Origin: Asterias rubens
Taxonomy: Eukaryota
DNA: 64,000 nucleotides
Assembly: GCF_902459465.1 (NCBI RefSeq)
Contig: NC_047064.1
Location: forward strand, 13,206,001-13,270,000
Direction: 5' to 3'
Below the pieces are notes generated by a model, which was not told the origin of the DNA, did not search any database, and saw only the letters and a program-made list of their open reading frames with translations. How positions within the stretch are numbered: the stretch's first letter is position 1; every line of letters begins with the position of its first letter. The position numbers and the translations under genes were made by a program. Shown piece by piece: positions 26,025 to 35,402 of this stretch.

Positions 26025-27202
26025 ATAAAGGTGATTGTACTTTTCTAACATCTGCTGCTCATGTCGTTATAGACTACATGCACAAGGATGCTTATTTCAT
26101 ATGTTATGGATGGTAATTTTTCTCAACAGCAACAATCTGCTTTTTTTAATTATTGTTTTTGTTAATGAAAGAGCGCCTGTATACATCACAAAGCTGAATG
26201 GCTTCAGTGAATTCTGGTCAAGTAGATTAAACACTGTCAGATACGTACATGTACACGTCAGCCCTGTGGTCTGTGCATGTACATGTACATGTCAGCCCTG
26301 TGGTCTTGTGGGTTACCTACCCCCCCCCCCCCGCGATATTTTGGTGTAGTGTTTTTCAATAAACAGTGTTTTTATCTGTGCGCTACTGCTTGTCTTGCAT
26401 GACGTTATTAATGATTTTGTAAAACTTCTATTGCTTTACCATAGAGCAATACCATGCCCCAAACACTCAATGCTATACACATGCCGTGACTTTTCCCCCG
26501 ATTAAAAGCGTTTTTGAATTTGTACCCTGCGATCCCGGTGGGGTTATCTGAAAATTTTCCAACGGCGCCGGCTGTTGTTAGATAGTAATGTGCACGGTGA
26601 GGATAAGTGGAGTAGGGGATTGCGATTGTTGAGTTATAGCGAATAACAATGTTTTGCACCAAGAATACGCTGATGCTAGAAACAGTGTCAAGTTGCCTTA
26701 ATCACATGGGTGTTCCATCGATGGAGGGAAGAACAGTGCAGTCAAATATACATTTCGAGTCTTAAAAAAGCTCTCCAACTTCTAAATGCTTTTTGTACCC
26801 ACTGATTACACTGGTATCAAAACATTCTTCGACCACACAGGCCAGTGTGTGTTTATTTTCAAAACAAATCTCCCTGAAAATGTATGATTATAGTCTAGCT
26901 TTGAGTGTAAGCCTTTGTCTGAAGGAACCCACTTCAGAGGGGCAGAAACCCAAGTTCTCCCCCCAAGTCGGTAAATCCATAGACCCTAAACTTTGACAAA
27001 TCAGGGCATCAGAGTTCGGTCTCGAGGCATTGGGCCAATATCTTGTTCCCCACTCCAAGTGAAATAAAAGTAGCTGTTCCGGTGTAACTCCGCTGTCAGG
27101 ATTTGGCCGTAGAAGTGGTTATGAATTCATTAGTGTCAGTGTCTTAATTCCTTGGGGACGTCGGTGGAGTAGAGTGTTTGATAGGCCCTGCAAATGTATT
27201 GG

Positions 27203-27450
27203 GTGTCATGGACGAGTGGTTTAGAGCATTGGATTCAAGTTCTGGTGGTTATAAGTCTTTGGTTTGTGGGTTCGAATCCCGGTCCTGACACTTGTGTCCT
27301 TGAGCAAGATGCTTTTCTGTACTGGGTAATTGCTTCTCTTCACCCAGGTTACCTGCAAGGGTAGAGGTTGATGTTGCATTTGAAAAAGCCTGCGAAGCGC
27401 CATGGCAGCCCGGAGCTGAGAAAGAGCCTGAAGAGCTTTCATGTTTATTT
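27203..27450 (+). mobile_element. tRNA-derived SINE with CORE/Meta-like domain
   Basis: A-box-like tggacgagtggt, B-box ggttcgaatccc, gacacttgtgtccttgagcaag, cacccagg. Confidence 0.85.
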
Positions 27451-28149
27451 ATATCCAATATGTACATTCAGCTTATGGTGTACAAATGTACAGTACATGT
27501 ATGCAGGGTTTGTCCCAGGATTTATCAGAGCTGTGGGGCATTCTTGAACCAGATTTTGGAAGTTTGGCCCAGGCACGTTGAGTTGAAACAAGGTCCTTAG
27601 AATGTTTTTCACTTGGTGGTTAGCGTTGGTTTGAAAAGTCGGACCTTGCAATCTCGACCATTCTAAATGGTTTATTTATGATTTTTGTGAATGCAATTTT
27701 AAAGCCTCCCCCCCCCCCATCAAAAAAGTTACAAATCATTATTACAAAAAATTATCCAGCAAAAGAATAAGCTGTTGCAAACTGCTCTTCAATCAAAAGG
27801 ACCAACATATTCTTGTTGGGGGCTTAAAAATAAGTCTTAAAAAGTTGCTTATCGGCAAGAGATTGGCGATTTTGTCCGAATACACTAAGGCTTGCTTAGG
27901 GCATGGGGAGAACTCTGGGTGTATTAGATATGGAGCAATAACGCCAGGCAATTTTGTGTCATAGATTTACTTCTATCGACATAAGTCAGTGTTCCTTCCT
28001 CAAATGCCCAAAAGCCCCAAAAAACACTGAAAATAGAAACCTTATGGAAACTAGTAACCCAAGTGCCACTTTATGATCTTACCCAGTCATAAATTTTAGT
28101 GGACAGATAGTTTTTTGGGGAAAAAAGCAGCGATATGAGAGAGAAAAAT

Positions 28150-28610
28150 AATAATAAGGAGGTAACGTGTAACTAAGAACGCCGCAGGACCTTTCTTCAA
28201 CGTTGGGTGGTTAGCGACTGGAAGCGATTTTTCACGCTTGAACGACTCGGGTGTTCTGATTATGATCTAATCAGTCGCTGAATGAGTCACTTTGCCACTG
28301 ATTGGCCTGATGCGCTGAGCGGGAGAGGGGGGGGGGGCTTGTTATTGGATTACCACCATTGTTTGGCGTGGTGGCGTTTCAATCGAATCGTATTTTGTTG
28401 GGTGACTTTATAATCGGCGTTGACACCTCTGATGCATCAGGGAGGGTTAATGCTATGAAAGAAGAAATTTACTACATCTATTTTGGTGGCGGGTGTGTCA
28501 GATTTGCATAGAGCAATCTTGCTGCAGGTTATCAGAGAAACTCTATTAATGAGAGGGATGGATAATAGTGGTTGGTGCGTGGCCTCAATCATTAGTCAGA
28601 TTGGTTGATT
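28150..28610 (+). promoter_or_regulatory. CpG-rich promoter/enhancer-like island about 3 kb upstream of the APC ATG
   Basis: Several ATTGG (CCAAT) boxes, AP-1 TGAGTCA at 28283-28289, G-tract, no match to other repeats in the window. Confidence 0.4.
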
Positions 28611-28619
28611 ACAAGTTAA

Positions 28620-28974
28620 AGACACTGGACACTATTGGTAAATGTCAACATATCCATAAATTAACAAACCTGTGAAAATTTGAGCTCAATTGGTCGTCAG
28701 AGTTGCGAGATAACTACATGTATGAAAGAAAAAAACACCCTAGTCGCACGAAGTTGTGTGCTTTAAGATGCTTGATTTCGAGACCTCAAATTCTAAACTT
28801 GAGGTCTTGAAATCAAATTTGTGGAAAATTACTTCTTTCTCGAAAACTACGTGACTTCAGAAGGAGCCGTTTCTCACAGTGTTTTATACTATCAATCTCT
28901 CCCCATTACTCGTTACCAAGTAAGGTTTTATGCTTATAGTTATTTTGAGTAATTACCAATAGTGTCCATTGCCT
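28620..28974 (+). mobile_element. Kolobok-like TTAA MITE (family A)
   Basis: TTAA|agacactggacactattggt ... gtgtccattgcct|ctaa. Confidence 0.88.
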
Positions 28975-29198
28975 CTAAGCAGTGAACATTTTCCCTTGTA
29001 TAGCAGAGCAAAATGCTATGCAAAATGTGTCAGTTACTAAAAAAATCATCATTTGTGACTCAGTATTAGCATTCACTGAGCACAAAAACTGCTAGTCAAA
29101 ATATTTTGCTATGCAAAAATGCAGGATGACTTGTTCCCTGTTAAAGGCTAATTCTGAGTTGTAAGTGTTAAAAATACAAACATAAAAAAACGTTTTTA

Positions 29199-29477
29199 AA
29201 ATGTTTCTTTTTTACATAGAACTGGCGGGGAGATGGTCTTAGCTTAAAATCCAAACCGGACTTTTTTCAGAGGCAATATATTATATGATTTACATGGATT
29301 TTACAAACTAAATAATAATAAAAAATAGTAAAGAGAAAATGTTTCTTTTTTACATAGAACTGGCGGGGGAGATGGTCTTAGCTTAAAATCAAAACCGGAC
29401 TTTTTTCAGAGGCAATATATTATATGATTTACATGGATTTTACAAACTAAATAATAATAAAAAATAGTAAAGAGAAA
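29199..29477. repeat. Near-identical tandem duplication, 138-139 bp unit
   Basis: Two copies differing by one extra G and one substitution. Confidence 0.95.
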
Positions 29478-30337
29478 TTTATGAAGTGCACAAACAATAG
29501 CAGAAAGAATCCGCCTCAAGGCGCTGGAAAAGAACAACAATAAAAGTCTGCACTAGACAAAATTTATACAAATCAAAGTAATACACAGTAAAATAATTTA
29601 AGGAATCTAGATACAGAAAGCTGGCAAAAAGTTAAAAAGTTAAACAACCATTTTAAAAAGAAAAAAAATACCAAAGTTAAAAACAATGAAAAAGAAGAAG
29701 ACAAAAATAGCAGGGCCCTACAGTACACATAGTGAGATTTACATTGTGCATCATGTACATACATGTAGTGTAGTAGTACATTATTCTTATGGGGAATTGT
29801 GACTACATCAGTCCGAAGAGTCCCCCGAACCCCCTCCATAAAAGAAATGTCCAGGGCGGTCGTACTCATTATATTTACTAACTTAACCTCCCCCCCCTCC
29901 CCGCCCCCGCCCCCTTGAATGATCAACAAGCTTTCTGTCAAGAGGTCATAACTCACCAGTGACTCCATTAAAATAAGAAACACCCACAAAAACCGCACCA
30001 TTATCTTAATGCTCTCGCTGTATAGTGCAGTGAGTGTTTTAATGAAAAAGTATGCAGCGCAGTGCCACTTTACTGATGCATGACAGGAAAGCTTCCCGTT
30101 ATGGGTAGACTCCAGATCAATACGCAGTACGTGCCTTAAAAGCTCCATGCAAAGATTAAAAAACAATGACTAAATCATCCGTGTACTTGAATGCAAAAAT
30201 AGTAGCACTCGGGAGAGCGAGCGTGTACTTTCGAGTTGCAGCACTCTACCAAAATTAAATGTGTGTATATCAGGGGAGGGGGGGGGGGGCATTTGGCTCG
30301 TCAAAGGCTGCAATTAGTTGGGTACTTGAACATTTAA

Positions 30338-30597
30338 AGGCACTGGACACTACTTGTAATTACTTAAAATAGTTGTTTCTTAAAAACTTACTTGGTAACG
30401 AGCAATGGACTGCTGTTTATACATGTAGTATGAAACATTGTGAGAAAAATTAAACCAAATTGTGCAACAAGGGTGTTTTTTTTGCAATTTTGATGACCAA
30501 TTGAGTCTAAATGTTCACAGATCTGTTATTTTATGCATATGTTGGGAAACGAGTGAGAATACTGGTCTTTGACAATTACCAAAGGTGTCCAGTGCCT
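30338..30597 (-). mobile_element. Kolobok-like TTAA MITE, internally deleted
   Basis: TTAA|aggcactggacac ... gtgtccagtgcct|TTAA. Confidence 0.88.
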
Positions 30598-30775
30598 TTA
30601 AGCAACTGTGAATGTAACATGTGGTCTACTCACTGAAGGATGAAAACTCTGCCAGTGGTGAATATTTTCAATAAAAGGATTAATTAGCAAATGTTTGGGC
30701 TATTTTTGTAAGCATACATGTAAATGTATGGCATGTGTAATAAAACAAAAAAAACAGTAAATTCTGTCCCACCCA

Positions 30776-30943
30776 AGCCATACGCCTCTCTTAATACTTA
30801 TGCATGACGGCATAATTCTTACCCAAAATGAGGCTATGGGCGCACGTTCCCCATCACTTGCAGTGGCTGCGCCCATTGCCTCGTTTTGAGTTAGCATTGT
30901 GACGTACCTCATGCATAAATATTAAGAGAGGCGTATTATGGCT
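30776..30943. mobile_element. Foldback MITE
   Basis: Arms tacgcctctcttaata(c/t)ttatgcatga and caaaa(t/c)gaggc(t/a)atgggcgca, each present in both orientations. Confidence 0.75.
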
Positions 30944-31407
30944 CATTAGGCTTGTTAGGCCACTGTTTACATCTGGTTTCATTGGCTTTAAAGGACCCAA
31001 AGTAAGCATTTGAACATAATTTGTGAAATCAAAGATAAGGTGTGATACATCTTCAAAAACACAAGACAGATAAATTTCCGTATGGCGCCACCCTTTTCAC
31101 TCATTTAAAAAAAAGGGATATCTCATTGAGATAAATTAAATACAATATTAATTCATATCGAATAAAAAAGTGTTGGCGACATACAGAAACTATTCCCATA
31201 AGACTGCTGAACTTGTTTGATTGTAAGCATACTGGCCCGATTTTAACACCACAGGCCATGTGCCTGTAATCCAGTGTCAAGCCCTGAGGTCCATTGAATA
31301 CCTTTTGGGATGCATAGTTTTTAACTTGTTCTCTGTTCTGTATCTTAAGTAGTTTTATGTATTCTGTTTTCCATTTTGTTTTTCTTCTCTACAGATGTGT
31401 GACTGAT

Positions 31408-31482
31408 ATGGCAGTATCGTCTTATGACCAGCTACTATTTCAAGTCAATTCTCTCAAGGCTGAAAACTCCCACCTCAAAAGG
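31408..31482 (+). CDS. APC: APC orthologue, first coding exon (MAVSSYDQLLFQVNSLKAENSHLKR)
   Basis: Translation matches the APC N-terminal coiled coil (human MAAASYDQLLKQVEALKMENSNLRQ). Strong acceptor ttgtttttcttctctacag ends at 31394, ATG at 31408 in good Kozak context (gatATGg), donor GTcagt at 31483, phase 0. Confidence 0.95.
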
Positions 31483-31973
31483 GTCAGTTTCATTCTATTC
31501 CTTTTAATGTTTTTGCATTATGATTAATGTGTTTTGTGCACAACCTGCTACCTGTTTATGTTTATAAAATGTTCTTGTGATTCATTTGGGCATGGAATTG
31601 CCTCCACCACTTATACTGAAACAGGCCAAAGAATACACCAAATACGCCAAAAAAGTATGCACAAACACAATAAAAGTAATAAGTTTCACACTTAAAGGAT
31701 GGCTCCTGTTAGAGTTGTGTGGCTTTTTTTAATCTTTGTTTGTATTAGGTAATATTTTTATATTTTTCTGGACAACATTTTGTTTAAATACCAATTAACA
31801 ACCCACAATTACCATTTTGTTTAGCCTAAGAACATCAGAAAAACTTTGATAAAAAAGCATGAGAAGTCTATTCAACCCGACATCATATGAACAAGTACTT
31901 GTTGGTCTGCTCTCGTACTCAATAAAAATGTTTGTACTTATTATCCCAAGGACAAAATTGCATGCCTGATTAA

Positions 31974-32349
31974 AGGCACTGGACACCTTTGGTAATTGTC
32001 AAATACCAGGCTTGACACTTGTTGTATCTCAACATATGCACAAAATAACAAACCTGTGAAAATTTGAGCTCAGTTGGCCGTCGAAGTTGCGTGATATTAA
32101 TGAAAGAAAAAACACCCCTAGCCTGTCACACAAAGTTGTGTGTTTTCAGATGCTTGATTTCGAGACGTCAAAATCTAATTCTGAGGCCTCAAAATCAAAT
32201 TCATGGAAAATTACTTCTTTCTCAAAAACTACATTACTTGAGAGGGAGCCGTTTCTCACAATGTTTTAAACTATCAACATGTCTTCGTTACTCTTTACCA
32301 TTTACCAAGTAAGGTTTTATGTTAACCATTATTTTGAGTAATTACCAAT
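31974..32349 (+). mobile_element. Kolobok-like TTAA MITE in APC intron 1, right end truncated
   Basis: TTAA|aggcactggacacc...; stops at gagtaattaccaat. Confidence 0.88.
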
Positions 32350-32392
32350 GATTTATGTTGACTGATTATCAGGTTTTTGGGTTGCCATTCAG

Positions 32393-32588
32393 GGTCTACA
32401 GGATAACTCGTGTCAGCTGAGCAAGCTTGAGACGGAGGCCTCCTGCATGAAAGATGCCCTCACCCACATCCAGACCTGTATGCAAGAGGAGGAGGCAGGA
32501 ACAACAACGACAACAACAACAACAGCAGGCACGACCAGATCCATGGCAACGGTTGGCATGACAACCAGCCTCGATCAGAATTCAAATA
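32393..32588 (+). CDS. APC: APC coding exon 2 (GLQDNSCQLSKLETEASCMKDALTHIQTCMQEEEAGTTTTTTTTAGTTRSMATVGMTTSLDQNSN)
   Basis: Continues the match to human ELEDNSNHLTKLETEASNMKEVLKQLQGSIEDEA. Acceptor cattcAG at 32391-32392, donor GTaagt at 32589, phases 0 to 1. Confidence 0.93.
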
Positions 32589-33025
32589 GTAAGTTGGGGA
32601 GATCTTGTCTGATAATCACTTTATCGAAGGATCAGACCAAATTTCTTAGCTCTTCTAACAGAAAGCAAAGAATCGGTGCTTACGGAAGCAGGAAGTTATG
32701 CACGTACGTCAAGCGTATTTCAAAGGTTAGCAGGGAATTTCCGCTTGTACGTATCCTTCGCTTGCACAGCTATTACGGAATTGTGGTGCATGCCCTTTAT
32801 ATTAACAAAATAATAGTGATCTTATTACCTTCATTGCACAAATACATAAAAAACGACATCGGTGCAAAGAAACCATAAACAGGCACACAAGCCCGCTAAA
32901 CGGAGACCCTTGTTCACACATCAAGACCGAAAGACAAAGGACAAGCACAACTACAGGCAAACAACCCAAGAAAACAAATTTATACTATACAAAGTAGAGA
33001 ACGTTGACTTTAAGCACAGATTTCA

Positions 33026-33130
33026 TCTCAATGTTTTGACTATAACTTGTTCTAGTCGAAACATTGAGACCAATTAAGAACTCATTCCACAGTAGTGAAG
33101 TTAACAAAGAGAAGAACCTTCGATCCACTA
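33026..33130. mobile_element. Hammerhead-half foldback remnant (Penelope-like)
   Basis: 17-bp inverted repeat around GACUA..UAGUC-GAAAC-AUU-GAGAC. Confidence 0.5.
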
Positions 33131-33169
33131 AAGCAAAAGATTTTCTACCCTCCCGCCCAAGTACATGTA

Positions 33170-33320
33170 GTAGTAAAAAAGCAGGCAATCTCCCGAAATT
33201 CTGAAAATCTACTCTGTGGTAGTAGAATTCAAAGCAAGACGGGTTTGAAAAGAAAGTAGTCTACATGTACCTGGCAAGTAGATACATACTTGTAGGGTGG
33301 TGCACTGCAAACCAAATATA
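33170..33320. mobile_element. Copy of the 4955-5110 family in reverse orientation
   Basis: acctggcaagtagatac, agtagaatt.aaagcaagac and related blocks match. Confidence 0.65.
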
Positions 33321-33754
33321 TTGATACCTTACCAAGCATATCTCAAATCCCATATACCTGAATACAGTGAACCAGTTTAATTATGCATGCATGCTGATGT
33401 TGACTGTCATGAACTGTTTTGTGTGATTTAGGTTTTTGAATTTAAGTCCACAGAATAATATCAAGTATATGCACATCCGGCATCAGTCAGGTTTTCTTCC
33501 AAAATGCTGGCCATGAATAGTTACATGACTCAGAAATTTATGGGGACCTTTAACGCACATAACTTCCTCTGATGGTTGCCCCAGAGGTTCTGTATGAGAC
33601 TAGGGAAACCTTTTTGAGGGCAGTGTCTATTTTTAACCCATTCCTTACTGTCGGGGACTTGAATAATTTTGACACTTACGAACCCCAGATACCAACAAGT
33701 TGTTGTTCACCAACGTAAGCTGGTCAGCAAGACACTTACCCATGATGCTTCGTC

Positions 33755-34010
33755 CTTCGGATGGGACATTAAGCATGTCATGGCCTAGCAGTTAAGGGCA
33801 CCAGGTTCAAACTCTGGTGTTTCTGATCAGCAGAGTTTGGGTTTGAGTCCCAGTCATGTTACCTGTGTCATTAAGCAAGACGCTTAACAATGATGCTTTG
33901 TCCTTGGGATGGGCCAGAAAGTCATTGGTCTTGTATATTGTGTAATGCACGTACGTTAAGAACCCTGTGCACTTATCCAAAAGAAGGGGTTTGCCCTGGT
34001 TTGATCAACA
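33755..34010 (+). mobile_element. DeuSINE-like element, preceded by a partial copy at about 33725-33753
   Basis: tRNA-like head gtcatggcctagcagttaagggcacc, then gatgctttgtccttgggatggg...aagaaccctgtgcacttatccaaaagaagggg. Confidence 0.75.
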
Positions 34011-34016
34011 GCATTT

Positions 34017-34160
34017 TTTCTTCCATCTTACAATCTAGACTTTTTTAAGAGGAATATCATTTCCTCCCCTCAGCTCCCCCTAGTTCTTTTCACATTAATT
34101 AATGTTTCTTCTTGTAGCCCCATACCAAGAGTAGCTGTTAGCCTTGTTTGATATGCGTAA
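34017..34160 (+). repeat. Unclassified dispersed repeat, second copy at 60332-60465
   Basis: tccatc.tacaatctagact..ttaagaggaat...cagctcccc...ttgtagcccc.taccaagagt shared by both loci. Confidence 0.75.
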
Positions 34161-34344
34161 CAAAATTTACAAAACATTGCGCCAGAGCACCTTGAAAACC
34201 ACTACATGGTGCTTTAAAACATAGATCTCATACTTTCAAACGTAGCTTCACATACATTGGTGTACCCTGTAAGAAAACATTACTTATTGCTTTGGTATGC
34301 CCCTTCGGGATTTGATGAAGCGCTTTGTAAGAATCAAGTACTCC

Positions 34345-34510
34345 TTATTATTGTTAATTTTGGTTTACCCATACACACAGATGTATGTTAGCACTGTATA
34401 CTCAGTACTTTCCCGAGCTCTGTCAAAAAAATTACAGGCATATTACTCATGTGAGATTCGAACCCATGACCTTCGCAATTCTAGAGCAGTGTCTTACCAA
34501 CTAGACCCCT
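34345..34510 (-). mobile_element. tRNA-derived SINE, second family
   Basis: Reverse complement gggtctagttggtaagacactgctctagaattgcgaaggtcatgggttcgaatc is a tRNA-like head. Confidence 0.8.
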
Positions 34511-34598
34511 GGGCTTGCCTGTTAGCTATTATTACTATTATTAATGATAGTTTTGACTTGGCTTTTAAAAGAGTCTTGCCTTTTGTTTTAACCTACAG

Positions 34599-34782
34599 CA
34601 GGCTACTCCCCGCTGGCTTCTCCGCTGTCGTCAGCTACATTTAGAGCCTACAAACTACAGAGTCCACCCAGCATGCATTCATCGTCGAGCAGCCTCACGG
34701 CAGACACGCCCGGCAGCCCCGCCCAAAACAGGCAGCTGAGAGACCACTGTAATAAGCAGATGCAAGAACTGGAAAAGGAGAG
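34599..34782 (+). CDS. APC: APC coding exon 3 (TGYSPLASPLSSATFRAYKLQSPPSMHSSSSSLTADTPGSPAQNRQLRDHCNKQMQELEKER)
   Basis: Acceptor ttttgttttaacctacAG (tandem cagcag). Open in the phase required by exon 2. Ends QELEKE-AG|GTaaga, matching human YLEELEKER with its phase-2 intron. Confidence 0.9.
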
Positions 34783-34829
34783 GTAAGAGTTTGTTTCCAT
34801 GTTTCTCGTTCTTCATAACCTCCCTAAAA

Positions 34830-35039
34830 AGGCAGTGGACACTATTGGTAAGTACTCAAATTATTTTAAGCATTCAAACTTACTTAGTAACGAGCAATGG
34901 AGAGCTGTTCATAGTGTACAAAATTGTGTGAAATGGCTCCCTCTGAAGTTACATGTACGAATTTGGTATTATGTACATGTTTGGATACACCAAGTGAGAA
35001 TACTAAGTCTTTGTCAATTACCAAAGGTGTCCATTGTCT
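34830..35039 (-). mobile_element. Kolobok-like TTAA MITE, internally deleted, 47 nt into APC intron 3
   Basis: aggcagtggacactattggtaa ... gtgtccattgtct|TTAA. Confidence 0.85.
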
Positions 35040-35159
35040 TTAAGCAGCACAGGGAGTTGATGTAATAATATTCATTATTTGGGGTGGGGGGGGCTGGGTT
35101 TTCACCCTTTCTACAAGAAGCAGCAGTAAAGTGTTGGAGCCCCCTGCCCTTCTTAAGCC

Positions 35160-35402
35160 AGCCACATCAACCCATATATATACAATCTCGGAGCACAGCC
35201 TGAGATTGTAAGTGTCTGAATTTGTTTGGGAAGGAGGAAAGCTGGAGTGCCCGGAGAAACAAACACCCTTATGGCACAGGGGAGAAACAACAAACAACTC
35301 TACTCACATGGCACAAGAGAGAAACAACGCATTACTCTTCATGTGACCCCTTGTTGGGAATCGAACCAAGGTCAAAGTGGTCAGAGGCGAGTGCTTCACG
35401 CA
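35160..35402 (-). mobile_element. V-SINE-like element
   Basis: Reverse complement has B-box ggttcgattccc, then atgtgagtagagttgtttg...tttctccgggcactccagctttcctcc, resembling the V domain. Confidence 0.7.

Noticed and set aside
26408-26662. Protein-looking 84-aa minus-strand ORF
   Set aside because: No ATG start, closed by a stop 11 codons upstream, no clear splice sites, and no family I recognise. A BLASTX search would settle it.
27203-27290. tRNA gene
   Set aside because: A and B boxes are present but no cloverleaf; it continues into a SINE body.
29573-30166. Longest ORF in the track (197 aa, minus strand)
   Set aside because: Low-complexity F/L-rich translation of A-rich DNA, TTG start, no recognisable domain or splice context.
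15853-32312. Similar ORFs at 15853, 22840, 24407, 32064 and 32087 as a protein family or transposase
   Set aside because: All are chance frames within copies of the same non-coding MITE of about 370 bp; no DDE motif.
31480-32396. AGGGTC direct repeat at both ends of intron 1 as the TSD of an intron-creating insertion
   Set aside because: The repeat is offset by one base from the splice sites, so clean removal would frameshift; largely explained by splice consensus.
32447-32878. 143-aa ORF as a standalone gene
   Set aside because: Its first part is APC exon 2; the rest is read-through into intron 2 past the donor at 32589.
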